Below are positions 1 through 14,281 of a DNA stretch of 64,000 nucleotides, one piece after another. The notes beneath the pieces were generated by a model, which saw only the letters and a list, made by a program, of their open reading frames with translations, was not told where the DNA came from and searched no databases. Source of the DNA: Octopus vulgaris (Eukaryota); contig OX597826.1 in NCBI GenBank assembly GCA_951406725.2, forward strand, positions 32,116,001 to 32,180,000, given 5' to 3'. Each line of letters starts with the position of its first letter. The first letter of the stretch is position 1. The position numbers and the translations under genes were made by a program.

Positions 1-2166
1 TGACATTTCTATTAATAATTGCAATTTAAAATATTTTTATTTTCAAATCTTTTATTCATATTTTTATTCTTTATATATCATCAAAATATTTCTCTCTCTT
101 TCACAAATAAAATCTATTTTAAATCTTACCAAAATAACATGCACTAAACATGGATTTGTTTACTTTAGAATTCCATGTTCTACTCCATCTTAGGTTTCTT
201 AGTTTATTTCAAAGGTGGTAAAATACCAGAATTGAAAGAACATTGAACAAAAATGCCTTGCAATATTTTTTTCAAGTTCAAAATCTGCTGTAATCAAGTT
301 TGCCTTTTATCCTTCCAGGATCATGATAATTGTTCTGCCACTTTAAATGAGTGCCCAGATAGGCATGAAACTTGTCAATATCTAACCAACAATAAAACAT
401 TTTTGTAAAATAAGATGACAATACGAGACCTCCTTTGAATTCTATGATGAGAAAGTTCCATGTCAAGCTCATAGCACTTGTAAGAAAATGGCCAGGGATT
501 GTCCAATGACTTTATGATGCAGTAAGGAAAATGATTATTTCATGAAAAATACAGAAATTACTGGTAGATGACTTCCTTTTTCAATACCATTGTGGATAGT
601 TATAGCTCTAATGTTGATTATTCATTATTTTCACCATACACGTATGAACACATGAACACTTGCACATACACGTTTGTGCACACACAGACACAAACACTCT
701 CACACACACATTTACACACTCTCTCTCTCTCTCACACACACACATACACTCAGAGTAACTCCTATAAACATATGTATGGGCCACTGTAAAATAAAATTAA
801 ATGTTTCAGTCTAGATTCAATTATCATAAAGAAGAAAATAACAAAAAATAGTACAAAAGAAATATTTAAATATAGATATGTAACAGTGCATATTATTTGT
901 ATCATATGTTATTAATAATCAGCAATATTCATTAACAATTACAACAGCAAAAAAAAAACAATAACATTAAATGTAAAAAAAAAACAAAAAGAAAAACAAA
1001 CAAACAAAAATCACTATTTGGTGTCATAAAGCTGATTAGCTTTCATTATGGTTTTAGAAAGATTATTAGCGTTAATGGAGTAAGTGAACTGAAGATTTAA
1101 AAAGAATTAAGACAATTGTGAAAGAAACCTTGGAATAAAGTTTTAAAAAGTGGGACAGAGAGACACTCTCACTGATGATAGCTGTTAGATGCAGGAATAC
1201 ATCAATTAGTGAAAATGACAAATATTCATTATCAAAGGAGTACTTGTATTAATATGGTGAATCGTTGACACAAAAATGAAATATTTTCACGTTAGTGTGT
1301 TTACAATCTGTAGATATGGAATGAGTACTCCGTTAGTGAAGTAAGTGAAACAGTAGGTAGAAAACAGAGGAAAATACTATCATAGTGTCAAGTGGATCTG
1401 TGTTTCTACATCAAGAGCTGTATTTTGATCAAAACTGATAAATTAATAAATATAATGTTGACTGCATGTGATGAAAAAATATATATTAAACCCTCAGTTT
1501 AATTAAATCTAATTAAGCTGATCCTTGTAAAAAAATTTTTTGCTTCAAAGCAGGATTTGACCTAAAAGGAAATTTACAGGTCAATATATACACATATATA
1601 TATATATAAAATATAATATGTATGAGATTCTAACTTTAAGCTAAGATTCATTAGCTATTTTTCCTTGATATTATAAACTATTTGCTGAAAAGTGAAACTG
1701 AAAGTAATGGTCTCATTAAACATCAAAATTTAATTATTATTATTATTTTTATCATTTTTTGTTAAAAATGTTAATCATTTCATTTTCTCCTTGATGACTA
1801 AAAGAAAAGATAGAAAGAAGACATTGGTAGTAGATGAAATTTCTTTGGTAAATTTGTATGACATAGTTTACAAAAAAAAAAAACTAAGAAGATACAATGC
1901 AACACAATGCATTCCACTAAAGTTATTAACTGAGAAGTTAAATGATAATCACGCTAGTATATCAAGAAGATTAGATTAAGGGTTTAACATGGCTCAATGA
2001 GGTATAGAGAGTGAAACTACATATGTTTTCATGCAATTTTCTTACCCAATTCTCAGGGGGCTGATGTAAGAAGAAGGGAGAAAAAAAGAGAAATTATGAA
2101 AAATGGAATGATAATAATAGTTATATCCTGTTATAAATATAAGACCTGATGCAAATTATTATTAAT

Positions 2167-2216
<50 letters not shown>

Positions 2217-3873
2217 CATCGTCAATAATTTAAAAATATTTCCATTTAAATGTGTTATTTTTTTATATTTTAAAATAATAGTCTTAGTGTTTAAAAGACA
2301 TGTTATTCACTCAATTGTGAATTAACTCGAAATATAAGAAATTCTAAATCATACACAGACCAAGAATAAATTTATTTAAATTGGTTTTAAAAGATTAATG
2401 TGAAACACCTAATTTTTTTTTATTTCCTATTTGCTTTTACTTTTTATTTTTTCTTGGCAAGCTATCAAATAACTTTTCGGTGTTTCTTTTGACAGATTTC
2501 ACAGCTAAAACATAGTTTATCAATAAATTTTAGCTTTTAACATTCAGCTAAATGTTGTTGTTGTTGTTGTTTTTGTTGTTTAGCCCTGAGTTAGCTCTTA
2601 CTGAACAATCATCGGTTTTTTTTTTTTTAGCTTTGACCTTGCAACCCTTACTTTTAGTCATAATACATTTAAGATGAGATTTTGTTCTTGTCTATTGTAT
2701 CCTTGCTCTTTAAGACCATAGACTGTCATTTTAGACTGATTTAGTTGCTAGTTCTAGCACGTTGAGTAATCAGTTGCTGCTCCTTTGTTAGATTGAAATC
2801 AACTTTGGCTCTTACTTTGAGCAAAAAGCTTGCTTTTGAGGTAAAATTGGAGATTAATAGTTAACAAAAAAAATTAATTAAATTAAATAAAAATTAAAAA
2901 TAAAAACGAAAGAAAACAAGACATTTTAATGAGTTTTGTTATATGAAATATTGTCAAAATATAAATAACTAAATTTTAAAAAAATTCATTATTTGTTTTT
3001 ATGTTTGTTTTATTTGTTTTAAATATTATTTAACCTATTTCTTTCAATACAGAAATTAAAACACTAAATTGAAGATCATAATGAAGAAAATAATTTTTTA
3101 CATAAGTAAAAAGCCAGAAATTTAGAGGAAGGTGGGGGTAGAGTCAATAGTATTGACCTTTGTCCTCAACTGGGACTTGTTCTATTGACCGTAGGGCAAT
3201 AAAAGGCTAAGTCAATCTAAACTCAATGCCACCCTTTAACATTTAAATGGACCACAGCCAGCCCACATATTCTACCAGTTTTATGGTCAAACTGGCCAGC
3301 TCCAGCCTCCAGCTCCTGCAATGTCATTCTAAAAATAAACTATCATACCAGTGAAATCTTCAAGCTATGAGCTAATGTATGATTAATTGTGGCCAATGCC
3401 AGTGCTGCTGAACTAAAAAGCACCATCTGAATGTGGCCAATGCCAGTACCGGTGGCACATAAAATGCACCCACTACACTCTTTAAGTGGTTGACATTAGG
3501 AAGGGGATCCAGCTGTAGAAATATTGCCCAGTCAGATTGGAGCCTGGTGAAGCCTCCTGGCTTGCCAGTTCCCAGTCAAACCGTCCAACCCATGCCAGCT
3601 TGGAAAGCGGACATTAAAGGATGACGATGATGATGATGATGATAATGAATGTGAATAAATAAACATTACATTTGACAAAGTAATCTGAATGCTAAAGGGT
3701 TCAAATACCTAAAAAATTACCAAAAGGTATTTTGTCTAATGCTGCAATGATTCTGACAATCTTGCCTCCTAAAGATGGTGAGGATAATGATTATTACAAA
3801 AATGACTGTGCTCTTAAGAATGAATAGAATGAGGATCGTGAGAGTGGCTATGTGAATACTGAACCATTATCTA

Positions 3874-4182
3874 GACCTCCTTCGGTCATGAATGACCATG
3901 GGAAGTATCTGGAAAGTTCCCCTCTGAGGTGAAATTCCAGGCAAGGTTGTTTATGGAAGACTAGCAGTCCCCCATGCATACCAGCCGCCCCTCTCCATAT
4001 CACTGATGTTATCCAAGGTAAAAGCAAAGGAGCCGATACAGCTTGGCACCAATGACATTGCAACTCATTTCTACAGTTGAATGAAGTGGAGCATTGTGAA
4101 ATAAAGTGTCTTGCTCAAGAACACAACACTCTCACCACCTCATGATTGTGAGCCTGACGCTTTAACTACTGAGCCATTTGCC
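3874..4182 (-). mobile_element. tRNA-derived SINE with Meta/V-like core
   Basis: Minus strand has a decayed tRNA-like head and GTGTTCTTGAGCAAGACACTT core; body homologous to the copy at 40588-40925. Confidence 0.75.
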
Positions 4183-4229
4183 ATTATAAATTGTTTAAAA
4201 GTCTGTAATTAAAATTAATAATTATTTCC

Positions 4230-5050
4230 AATTAAAGCACAAGGCCAGCAGTTGGGTGGTGGGAGCAGGTTAGTTGATAATATTGGTTTCAAGTTTTGGC
4301 ACAAGGCCAGCAAGTTCAGGTGTGGAAGTAAGTCAATTGCATCAACCTCAGTGCATAACTGGTACTTATTTTACTGACCCCAAAAGGAGGAAAGACAAAG
4401 TCAACCCCAGTGGAATCTGACCCCAGAATATAAAGATGGACAAAATGCTTCTAAACATTTTGCCTGGTAGGCTAATGATTATGCCAGCTTGCCCCACTTC
4501 AGATTAGTTGATAATAGGGATTCTTGTACTTGATTGGTACTTTATTCTATCGACTCTGATGGAATGAAAGCAATGTTAGCTTCAGTGGTATTTGAACTCA
4601 AAATACAAAGAGCTGGAACAAATAGCACAAGGTATTTTCCCTGATGCTCTAATGATTCTGCTGTTTCCCCTTTAGGAACAAGGTTAACAATTTTGATGGA
4701 AGGAGTTAGTTGGTTACATTGATCCTAGTACTTGATAGTATTTTATTTCATGCACCTGAAGTGAATGAAAGGTAAAGCTGACCTAGGAAGGATTTGAACT
4801 CAGAATATAGAGTTTGAACAAATGTTGTGAGATATATTTTCCTATCTTCTAATAAATCTGCCAATCCCATTTTCCAAACTAAAATTAAAAGTAGTTTCTG
4901 ATTTTAGCATATAGCCAACAATCTTGGAAAGAGAAGACTAGTCAATATTATCGACCCCAGTACATGACTGGTACTTTGTTTTGTTGAGACCAGATGGATG
5001 AAAGGTAAAACTAACATCAGCAGGATTTGAATTCAGGATGTAAAGAACCA
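4230..5050 (-). mobile_element. Head-to-tail cluster of ~4-5 decayed Nin/Deu-domain SINE copies
   Basis: Recurring TGGTACTT..TT..TTGACCC...GATGAAAGG.AAAG..GACC....GGA.TTGAACTCAG blocks; best-preserved copy ~4285-4495. Confidence 0.7.
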
Positions 5051-5060
5051 GGATGTAAAT

Positions 5061-5456
5061 AGGCACAGGAGTGGCTGTGTGGTAAGTAGCTTGCTTACCA
5101 ACCACATAGTTCCAGGTTCAGTCCCACTGAATGGCACCTTGGGCAAGTATCTTCTACTATAGCCTTGGGCTGACCAAAGCCTTTGGAGTGGATTTGGTAG
5201 ATGGAAACTGAAAGAAGCCCGTCATATATATATGTATGTGTGTGTATATATGTTTGTGTATCTGTGTTTATCTCCCAAACAATGCATGACAACTGGTGGT
5301 GGTGTGTTTATGTTCCCGTAACTTAGTGGTTCAGCAAAAGAGACCGATAGAATAAGTACTAGGCTTACAAAGAATAAGTCCTGGGGTCGATTTGCTCAAT
5401 TAAAGGTGGTGCTCCAGCATGGTCACAATCAACTGACTGAAACAAGTAAAAGAGTA
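5061..5456 (+). mobile_element. Full-length CORE-like tRNA SINE with internal (TA/TG)n tract, nested in an older Nin-type SINE
   Basis: GGAGTGGCTGTGTGGTAAG...GGTTCAGTCCCACT...CACCTTGGGCAAGT...GACTGAAACAAGTAAAAGAGT; colinear with copies at 56531, 42606 and 60982. Confidence 0.85.
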
Positions 5457-6453
5457 ACCAGAAAAAAAATCACAAAGCATTTTTTACCAATGCTTGAACA
5501 AGTCTGTTCATCAATCTACATACTGTCATTAGTAATGATGGATCGGTGGTGAAGTGGTAGAATTGTTAGCATGTTAGTTCTGAGTTCAAATTCTGCTGAG
5601 GTCGGCTTTGCCTTTCATTGTTTCGATGTTGATAAAATAAGTACCAGGTGAGCACTGAGGTCAATGTAATCAACTCTCTCTCCCCACAAATTGTTGGTCT
5701 TGTGCCTGAATTTAAAACCATTATTAGTAATGAGGGTGATTTCTTCAGTACAATTCCTCACATCTGAGTACATTGTGAGGGTACTGATGACATGCAAAAA
5801 TAACTCATTTTAGAAATCAACATTTGATAATTAGTAATATGAAACACATATACGCAATACAGGATTCATAATTCTGATCCTGATTTGGTATATTAAGAAA
5901 TGTTGGAGCTTGAAGACAACACCTCTGAACCTCTATAAAAGAAAGTTTCCTGAACCTGGGTTGCTGCCTATTAAAGTTGGGGAAAATCTAATTTTATTAC
6001 TGCAACTACTTGTTTCTTTTAACCTGTAATAGGCAACTAATTTTAAATGCTACATAGAACTTGTATGGTAATTGAAATTGAGGATTAGTTCCTTTGAACA
6101 TTTCTTGAACAATTAATTTATTAAATCCTTTGGGTTATCATTTATGAATATATAATTATGGCTTTTAAATAGTTTGGAAGAATCATTGTGCATATGGAAG
6201 CAGTAAATATCAGCTTAGAAATGAAATGTAATGGTGACTTGAATCAACATCATCCTCAAACCCTCAACACCATCATCATCATCATCATCATCATCATTAT
6301 CATCATCACCAACGCACACAACTGCTACTATCGCTGTCACTATTAATAACACCACTACTACCATCACTGTCAATATACTATCCCTACTACCATCTTTGTT
6401 GCCATCATTTAATTAAGCCTCTTTTTCATACCAACATGATTTAGACAGGAATG

Positions 6454-6506
<53 letters not shown>

Positions 6507-6784
6507 TACATACATACATACATACATACATACATACATACATACATACACATATATACCTACCTACATATAAATTCTTGAATAAAGAATACCAATAGTA
6601 CAAAAGCAGATCCTTGTGCAGAAGAGAAATATGCTACTCCTCATGAATATTTAACAAAGATATTTACCTAAGATATTTGATCTCTAACGATTCTGTATTT
6701 AGAGAAAGACTAATTAAAAATGCATTGTTAAATAGTCATATTTGTATATCAATCCTAAGTAAATGAGGTAACATGTATGCAATA

Positions 6785-7110
6785 CTTTAAAGACTCCGCC
6801 GGTTACGACGACGAGGGTCCCAGCTGATACGATCAACGGAACAGCTTGCTCGTGAAATTAACGTGCAAATGGCTGAGCATTCCACAGACACGTGTACCCT
6901 TAACGTAGTTCTCGGGGATAATCAGCATGACACAGAGTGACAAGGCTGACCCTTTGAAATACAAGTACAACTCATTTTTGCCAGCTGAGTGGACTGGAGC
7001 AACGTGAAATAAAGTGTCTTGCTCAAGGACACAACGCGTCGCCGGGAATCGAACTCACAACCTTACGATCATGAGCCGAATGCCCTAACCACTAATCCAC
7101 GCACCCTCAC
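6785..7110 (-). mobile_element. Young, intact tRNA-derived SINE (Meta/V-like core) with 11-bp target-site duplication
   Basis: A box TGGATTAGTGG, B box GTTCGATTCC, core GTGTCCTTGAGCAAGACACTT; many CpGs retained; TGTATGCAATA at 6774-6784 and 7111-7121. Confidence 0.92.
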
Positions 7111-8409
7111 TGTATGCAATAAATAGGTAAATGAATGTCTTAGCCCTAACTTCAACCAAATATGATTTGGTAGATTGTGCCATATTTTTGATAAGGGTTT
7201 TAGGTGCCTCTACAGTTGGGAGCAGACTTAAACACTTTCGTGGCCCTCCCATCTTTGACCCAAAGGAATATTAAGATTGTGACAACTGGTGGGAGAATAG
7301 ATAGCATTAGTATTTCCCTGGTGTTAATTTTCATCTAAATAGGCAGGAGAAATCTGAAACAAAGAGCCTTGCCCAAGGATACAGTGTACTACATGGTCTA
7401 GGACTTGAACCCATGACCTTATGAGTGTGTTTCTAACACTTTAACCACTTGTTCACATGCCTGCACAGTAACATTTATACCAGATGTGTATAAGTATAGA
7501 ACATGCTTTAAATGTGTTGTCCTTCCATTTTCAGTAACAATTGAAAGTTAAGATACTTACAGTCCTCCCTGTAGTAAACCTTTGGGCATAAACCCATCTT
7601 TTCCCTTTGTTAAATTTAAAGATACTACTTTTAGACTTCTCTGTAGTAAACATGTAGATATGATCCCATATGTACTTTCTTATCAATATATTTTATAACG
7701 CTTATTAATTATGCAAATTACATTGACCAAAAAGTTATTATTCATAACTCATTTTCTACTTGTAAGAATCTTTATCAGCAAATTCAGCAAGCTGGGTTAG
7801 ACTACATACAAGCTGAATATACTGAAATATACCTGTAATTGTCTCCCTTTGCTTGCTAACAAAAATAAGATTTTTCTCTGTCAGTGATTCCCCACTTTTT
7901 CTGTTGTAAGTTGCTAACAGTTTCCACTGGGTTTCGATTCAATTTTTTTCACTAAAATTTAAATTTCAATTAAGATTTTTTTTGTTTGCTTTTTCACATA
8001 TGACATTTTTGCATACATCATCTCTTTTAACTACATTGTTACCATTATTGTAGCAAGAATGAAGGTAATGGCAACCGCCTGTATTGGTAACAGACACAGA
8101 ACTTTCCATTTAATTTCATTTCATAAAATCAATCATGCTACATTATCATCGCAGATCAATTTCTTTCTTTTCTTGTTTACCATAAATTTCTCTTATTTTA
8201 TTGTATAACTCCATTTTCTTTTGATCATTACAGCAACTGTTCTGGATTTTTCACTTCCCTTTTACTTTGCTAAAATTACCTTTGTGTTCCCTCTTCAAGC
8301 TTTAATATCATGAATTAATTTTATACTTTGTTTCTTATGATATGCAAAAATTCATGTAATTTTGCCATCAACTGTCTATTTTTTCTTTGGATCTCTCAGC
8401 ACACTTTCA

Positions 8410-8459
<50 letters not shown>

Positions 8460-9824
8460 TATGTGTGTGTGTGCATGTATGTATGTATATTGGTTGTTTT
8501 TTTTTTAACCGTTCTCTGCAGCAGACATATTTATTCTATTGTTTAGTCAAATGGGTTTGAAGTGATTTTTCGCTGAAGCATGAATGCAATTGCATACAAT
8601 TTGTTCCTAACATAAAGCTGCAATCACAATATAATTTTTCCATTCATATTGGGAAATGTGGAAGCTTCTTCAAAATAGATATCTTTATAGGTAAATACCA
8701 GGAGTGTATATTCTATGTGTATTGGGTGAGTGCTACACACACATGCACTCATACACAGATACTCACAAATGCACCAAGCCGAGTTAATTTTTGTTATGTT
8801 AGTTCTGTTCTTGCTGCATCATGTTATAATCTGGTCATAATTTGTCTTCAAATCTAATATTACACATTGAGAAACAAGGATTAAGTCATGTTGAAACTGT
8901 ATTATGTAGAGAACTATTCTATATGACAATGATATCGACATAAGTGGTGTATTTAGTGTGTAGAAATAGTCTAAAGTTTGCATGTTTATAATTATAACAG
9001 GGTAATAGAGGGTTCAGTACAGTTTCCCTGCCTGTGACAGTAATCACCATACAACATTGATATCTATATAAGGGATGTATATTGTGGGTAAGGTAGCTGA
9101 TAGAAGAATCACCAGAGCATATAGAATGAATTATAATATTTGTTCCTGAAATCTGCATTCAGAGTTCAAATATGACTATGATCACCTTTACCTTTCACTC
9201 TATTGGGATTAATAAAGAAAGTACCTGCTCAATACTGGCTCAGCCCTCATACCCTCTCTATCAATTACACACCGAATGGTCAAAAGTGGGGGAAGAGAGT
9301 GGATACCTCTGTTTACTCTAGCCTACCTGGGTACCTAAAGCCATTAGTAAAACATTGAAAGCGGACATTAAACGGTGATGATGATGATGATGATGATGAT
9401 GATGTATGCATGCAAACAAATAATTCTCTATTGTGAGTGATAGCTATAGAATAATATTCTAGATGAGTTGGTAGGGCAGCTCCGAAAGGGGTCTCAGGGA
9501 GTAGTGTCCCTGCCTTCCTGAGATAGTTTTCCACCACATTTCTTTAAGGGTGAGGAGTTATGAAGGGGAATATAAAACTAAATCTATTTAGGACACCAAG
9601 TTGCATTGTTCAATGGCTTATCGCTGAATTACTAATTAAGAAGTAAGCAGATAAAAATCTTTTAAAAATTTAGATTTAAAATTTTCAATTGTTCATTAAG
9701 CATTCTCTGCGTAATTTAATATCAGCAAACATCAATAAATCAAGAACAAAGCTTAAACAAATAGAGACACTATATTGCTAATGAATGTAATATTAACACA
9801 AATACTATTACTAATAATAATAAT

Positions 9825-10497
9825 GGTTTCAAATTTTGGCACAAGGCCAGTAATTTCATGTGGGTGGAGTCAATTACATCGACCCCTTCCCCCAGTGCTC
9901 AACTGGTACTTATTTTATTGACCCTGGAAGGATGAAAGGTAAAGTCAACCTCAGTGGAATTTGAACTCAGAACATAAAGATGACTGAGATATGCTAATGA
10001 TTCTGCCAAGGTCAATGGTTTTGAAGGGAAGAAATTATTCAATACATTCAACCTCAGTACTTGATTGGTTCTTTATCTTTATTGATCCCAAATCTATGAA
10101 AGGCAAAACTGACCCCAATGGGGATTTACTTGGTCCTACTGAATCTAGTATTTGATTGATTCTTTATATTCTTGACTCCGAGGGCTGAAAGACAAATTTG
10201 ACATTGGTGGGATTTGAACTTAGAACAGGTGGAACTGGAAAATATACTGCTCTATTTATTCTGCTAATCCACCACCCCAATAATCCTTTCTACTATAGGC
10301 ACAAGGCCTGAAATTTTGGGGGGAGGGAACTAGTCAATTACTTCAACCCCAGTACACAACTGGTATTTAATTTATTGACCCCAAAAGGAGGAAAGGCAAA
10401 GTCAATCTTGGCAGAATTCGAACTCAGAAAATAAAGACAGACGAAATACCACTAAGCACTTCGTCCAGCATGCTAACGATCCTGCCAGCTCACTGTC
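9825..10497 (-). mobile_element. Tandem cluster of Nin/Deu-domain SINE copies (best copy 10285-10497)
   Basis: Reverse complement of the 11434/11667 elements, repeated with variable decay. Confidence 0.8.
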
Positions 10498-10508
10498 TTC
10501 ACCACCCC

Positions 10509-10543
<35 letters not shown>

Positions 10544-11433
10544 TGATGAAAATAATAATAATAATAGCAATAATGATAATTTTGGTTGATATAATTTGTC
10601 AATGCTGATTTAATATCTGAAAAGATGGTGTTGTAGATGTTTTAAACCAATTGACAACAAACTAATATTTCTTTAGCAAAGAAAGCAATGAACTGAGTTC
10701 TGGTGAATCTGAACGGTTCCTTTGGAATAGCAGATATGCTTCATTGTTTGGGAGACATAACTGATGCTAACATGTGCGAAGGTTTTTTAATGAATGGTAC
10801 TTGAGAAAATATTAACTTTTCTGAATATTAAGAAATTTTTCTTGATGTAAGTGGTACCCTATATGATAGAAAATGGTAATTGCATGTGGACTTCTCAGAA
10901 TATGAAAGATTAAAAAGAAAAAAAGTTTTAAAAAAAAGTAAAAAAAAATGAATATATTCTCAGTGTATAATGGATAAGTTCTAAGTTGATATCTGTTCAT
11001 TCAGACATAAATGGCTAAATATAAGGCCGAGAATTTGATGAGAGATTAACTGAGATGATGACAAACGATAAAGCTGAGAGAGAGACAGATTCATAGAAAT
11101 ACTCAACATAGAGATGAATATAAATATGTATGCTAAATAGGAAGAAATATAAATAATACACAAAAATAACTGAAGGAAAATACCAGGGAGTGAACTAAAT
11201 AAGGGAATATAGTAGAAATATTATATGTGGATTATATAAGAGCTGACGGAAATCAACACTGAAGTAGTTATGCTGCTGTTTATAATAGAAGAATACATAC
11301 ATATCCATTCTTCCCATCATACTGTAACTCATCTCACCTTCACCCTTTCACAACAATAAATCCTTTCTCTCCCACCCCATATCATGCTCTCCCAATGCCC
11401 CACTTAAAGATATGTCATTCTCTCTCTTATTCT

Positions 11434-11655
11434 AAGGCAGTGAGCTGGCAAAAAAACATTAGCATGCCGGGCAAAATGCTTAGCGATATTTTGTCTATCT
11501 TTACATTCTGAATTCAAATTCTGTCAAGGCCGACTTTGCTTTTCATCCTTTTGGGGTCAATAAATTAGGTACTAGTTGCATACTGGGGTCGATCTAATCG
11601 ACTGACCCCCAACTCCCTCAAAATTTCGGGCCTTGTGCCTAGGGTAGAAAAGATT
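11434..11655 (+). mobile_element. Nin/Deu-domain tRNA SINE, copy 1 of a tandem dimer
   Basis: GAGCTGGCA head, TTCAAATTC B-box-like motif, TTTCATCCTTTTGGGGTCAATAAATTAGGTACTAG Nin-like domain. Confidence 0.85.
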
Positions 11656-11666
11656 CTATAATTTTT

Positions 11667-11883
11667 AAGGTGGTGAGCTGGCAGAATTGTTAGCATGCTG
11701 GTCGAAATGCTTAGCAATATTTTGTCTGCGTTTACATTCTGAGTTCAAATTCCACTGAGGTCGACTTTGCCTTTCATCCTTTCAGGGTCGATAAATCAAG
11801 TGCCAGTTGCATACTGAGGTTGATCTAATCAACTGACACCATCCCCCAAAATTTTGGGCCTTGGGTCTAGAGTAGAAAAGATT
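11667..11883 (+). mobile_element. Nin/Deu-domain tRNA SINE, copy 2 of a tandem dimer
   Basis: GCCTTTCATCCTTTCAGGGTCGATAAATCAAGTGCCAG domain; colinear with copy 1. Confidence 0.85.
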
Positions 11884-13047
11884 CGTTCTTTTATTCTATC
11901 TTTCAATGGTGGAGGCTTTCTTCACAGTAAGTTACGAGGTGACCTCATAAATGCTGTTGGCATTAAAAAAAAGTAACACACTCAGTGTACTATATAAAGT
12001 GGTTTGCCATCTGAGCAGAGGTACCAAATGGTTTTAGAAAACTCTTTAGTCTTACTGGGGATTAGACAGCTTCTTTAGTGCAGGTGCCACTATTAAAATA
12101 TATCAGTTACACTCTGTGAAGTGGTTGGTATCAGGAACAATATTTAGCCATAGAAATCAAGTCGAAACTGAAAGGCTGGAACAAAATGTAATTTACTGAT
12201 CTGATAATCCTGTCAAACTCTCCAACCCAATCCATCATGGAAAACAGATGATAAAGATTAAAATGATGATATAATTGTTTAGATTTTAATGAAACCTTTA
12301 AAAAGCTATTACTCATTATATATTCTGATGATAGCTCAAAATTAAGTAGTAGTATTTAGAACTGTTGAAACTCCCGGTTCTAATCTCTGAGATATTCCAA
12401 TCTCTGAATTAGAATTAGAAAATCTTATTCGGGGTGTATTTTTATTTAATGTATTATTCAAATATTTCAGAAGAAGATACCTCTTAAAGCTGCCATAGAC
12501 TCCACATTGAAGAAATATGTTGAAAACTATCTCAGAAGTCAAAAAGAGAAGGAAAAAAAATCGAAAATTGAAAGTAACTTAGAATATTTGACTTTGTTGA
12601 TTAGAAAAACTTTCTCATTATATAAGAAAAGTTTTTAACTTGATGTATCTAAAATAAATACCTGTTGAGCACTGGGGTCAAGGTAATCAACTTCCCAACC
12701 ATCAAAATTGCTGGCCTTGTGCCAGAATTAGAAAGAATATGATGTGTCTATCTGAACTAACAGAGAAGTAATGGTACAATAGGAAGACAAACAATATATA
12801 ATATGGAGAAGAGAGTAAAGGGCAGGAATGATTGCTAAAAGTTGGCAGGAACCAAAGAAGAACATAATGCAAAACTAACAAAGATCTTGTACTAACAACA
12901 AAGGTTAGAATCTGTTGGGAAGGTATAATTTTTTCCAAAAGGCTCCACTCTTACTACATGGAATTGGTAATAATGTATGTGTGGTGTTGGTGTTCAAGGT
13001 GATGCATTTGATCTGATTCAAGCTCATTTATGATAAAAGTTATATGT

Positions 13048-13079
<32 letters not shown>

Positions 13080-13336
13080 AGTTTATTGGATTTGATAAAC
13101 TTTCATCCCGCTCTCTTTATATATGCAAGCATCCTCTGTGAGTGTATGCATGTGCATGGGTATGTATATTTACTTAAATATGTATACAAACATATATACA
13201 TACATGCACAAATGCACACATATTTATATATGTATATATGTATATATATATATGTGTGTATACACATATATATGTGTATATATATATATGTATACACGTA
13301 TGCATATATGTACATGTATCTCTCTCTCTCTCTCTC

Positions 13337-13381
<45 letters not shown>

Positions 13382-14281
13382 ATGTATACATGCACAACAT
13401 AAAATTATTTGATGTAAGTCTATATCATAAATATGCATGTACCAACACATAGCCATGCACACATGCACACACATACACACACACATGCGCATATATGCAC
13501 TCGTTATATAGATGGATGTGTGTGTATGAGTGTGTGAGTGTGTGAGTGTATGTGTGTGAGTGTGTGTGTGTGTTCTGTATGTATTATGTGTCTTAATAAT
13601 AAATTTAAAATTTCAACTTGCTAAATTTGCTCATCTTTTTCTGATAAATTTATTTTACATTCCTGTTATTGATATTTTAGGGAATTTATATTAACTCTAA
13701 AGCTTAAAGAAGGGATAGCTTTATTAAAAGTCTATTCAAATCTCTTTTTAATAAATTTATAAAATTTCACTGTTGTTACAATATATACATACATATACAT
13801 ACACACATGCATACATAAATACATGCATACATACATATATGTATTCATATATATAATATATATGTAGATACACATATATATATGTATATATGTATGTATT
13901 TATGTATGTGTGTATATATATATATATATATAAATAAATTTTCTTTTTAATTTACAAATCAAAGCACATTTTCTAAGGAAACTCCCAGGTATTTTCATCA
14001 GATGCAATCAAAATATAGCCAAGAGCTCTCATGCATGCTAAATAAGGTGAGAAAGAAAAGGTTTTCATATAAATTGTTGGCGATATATTTTTCACTAACT
14101 TAATATGTGATAAATTAAATTTTTTTTTAACAAAAATTATATGTTGTTTAGTATAATCATGTCAGTAAATATATAAGGGTTAGGTTATAGAAAAGAAATG
14201 AAAATATACACTTGATTCATAAATTGAAAAACATAATGTGTTTCTGTATGTATTTCTGTATGTATGAGTGTGTTGATATAA

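Noticed and set aside
278-472. 64-aa minus-strand ORF as a downstream protocadherin exon
   Set aside because: No recognisable cytoplasmic motif and no convincing splice signals.
7035-7110. tRNA gene
   Set aside because: tRNA-like head lacks a closed acceptor stem and continues into a SINE body bounded by a TSD.
13044-13492. YI/CV/HT-repeat ORFs here and throughout (23.4, 38, 45.7, 50-52, 58, 59.5 kb)
   Set aside because: Artefacts of stop-free dinucleotide and tetranucleotide microsatellites.
13961-14005. CUGAUGA...GAAA on the minus strand (similar cases near 41270-41300 and 5784)
   Set aside because: No stem II closing next to GAAA and no consistent stem I; chance matches.
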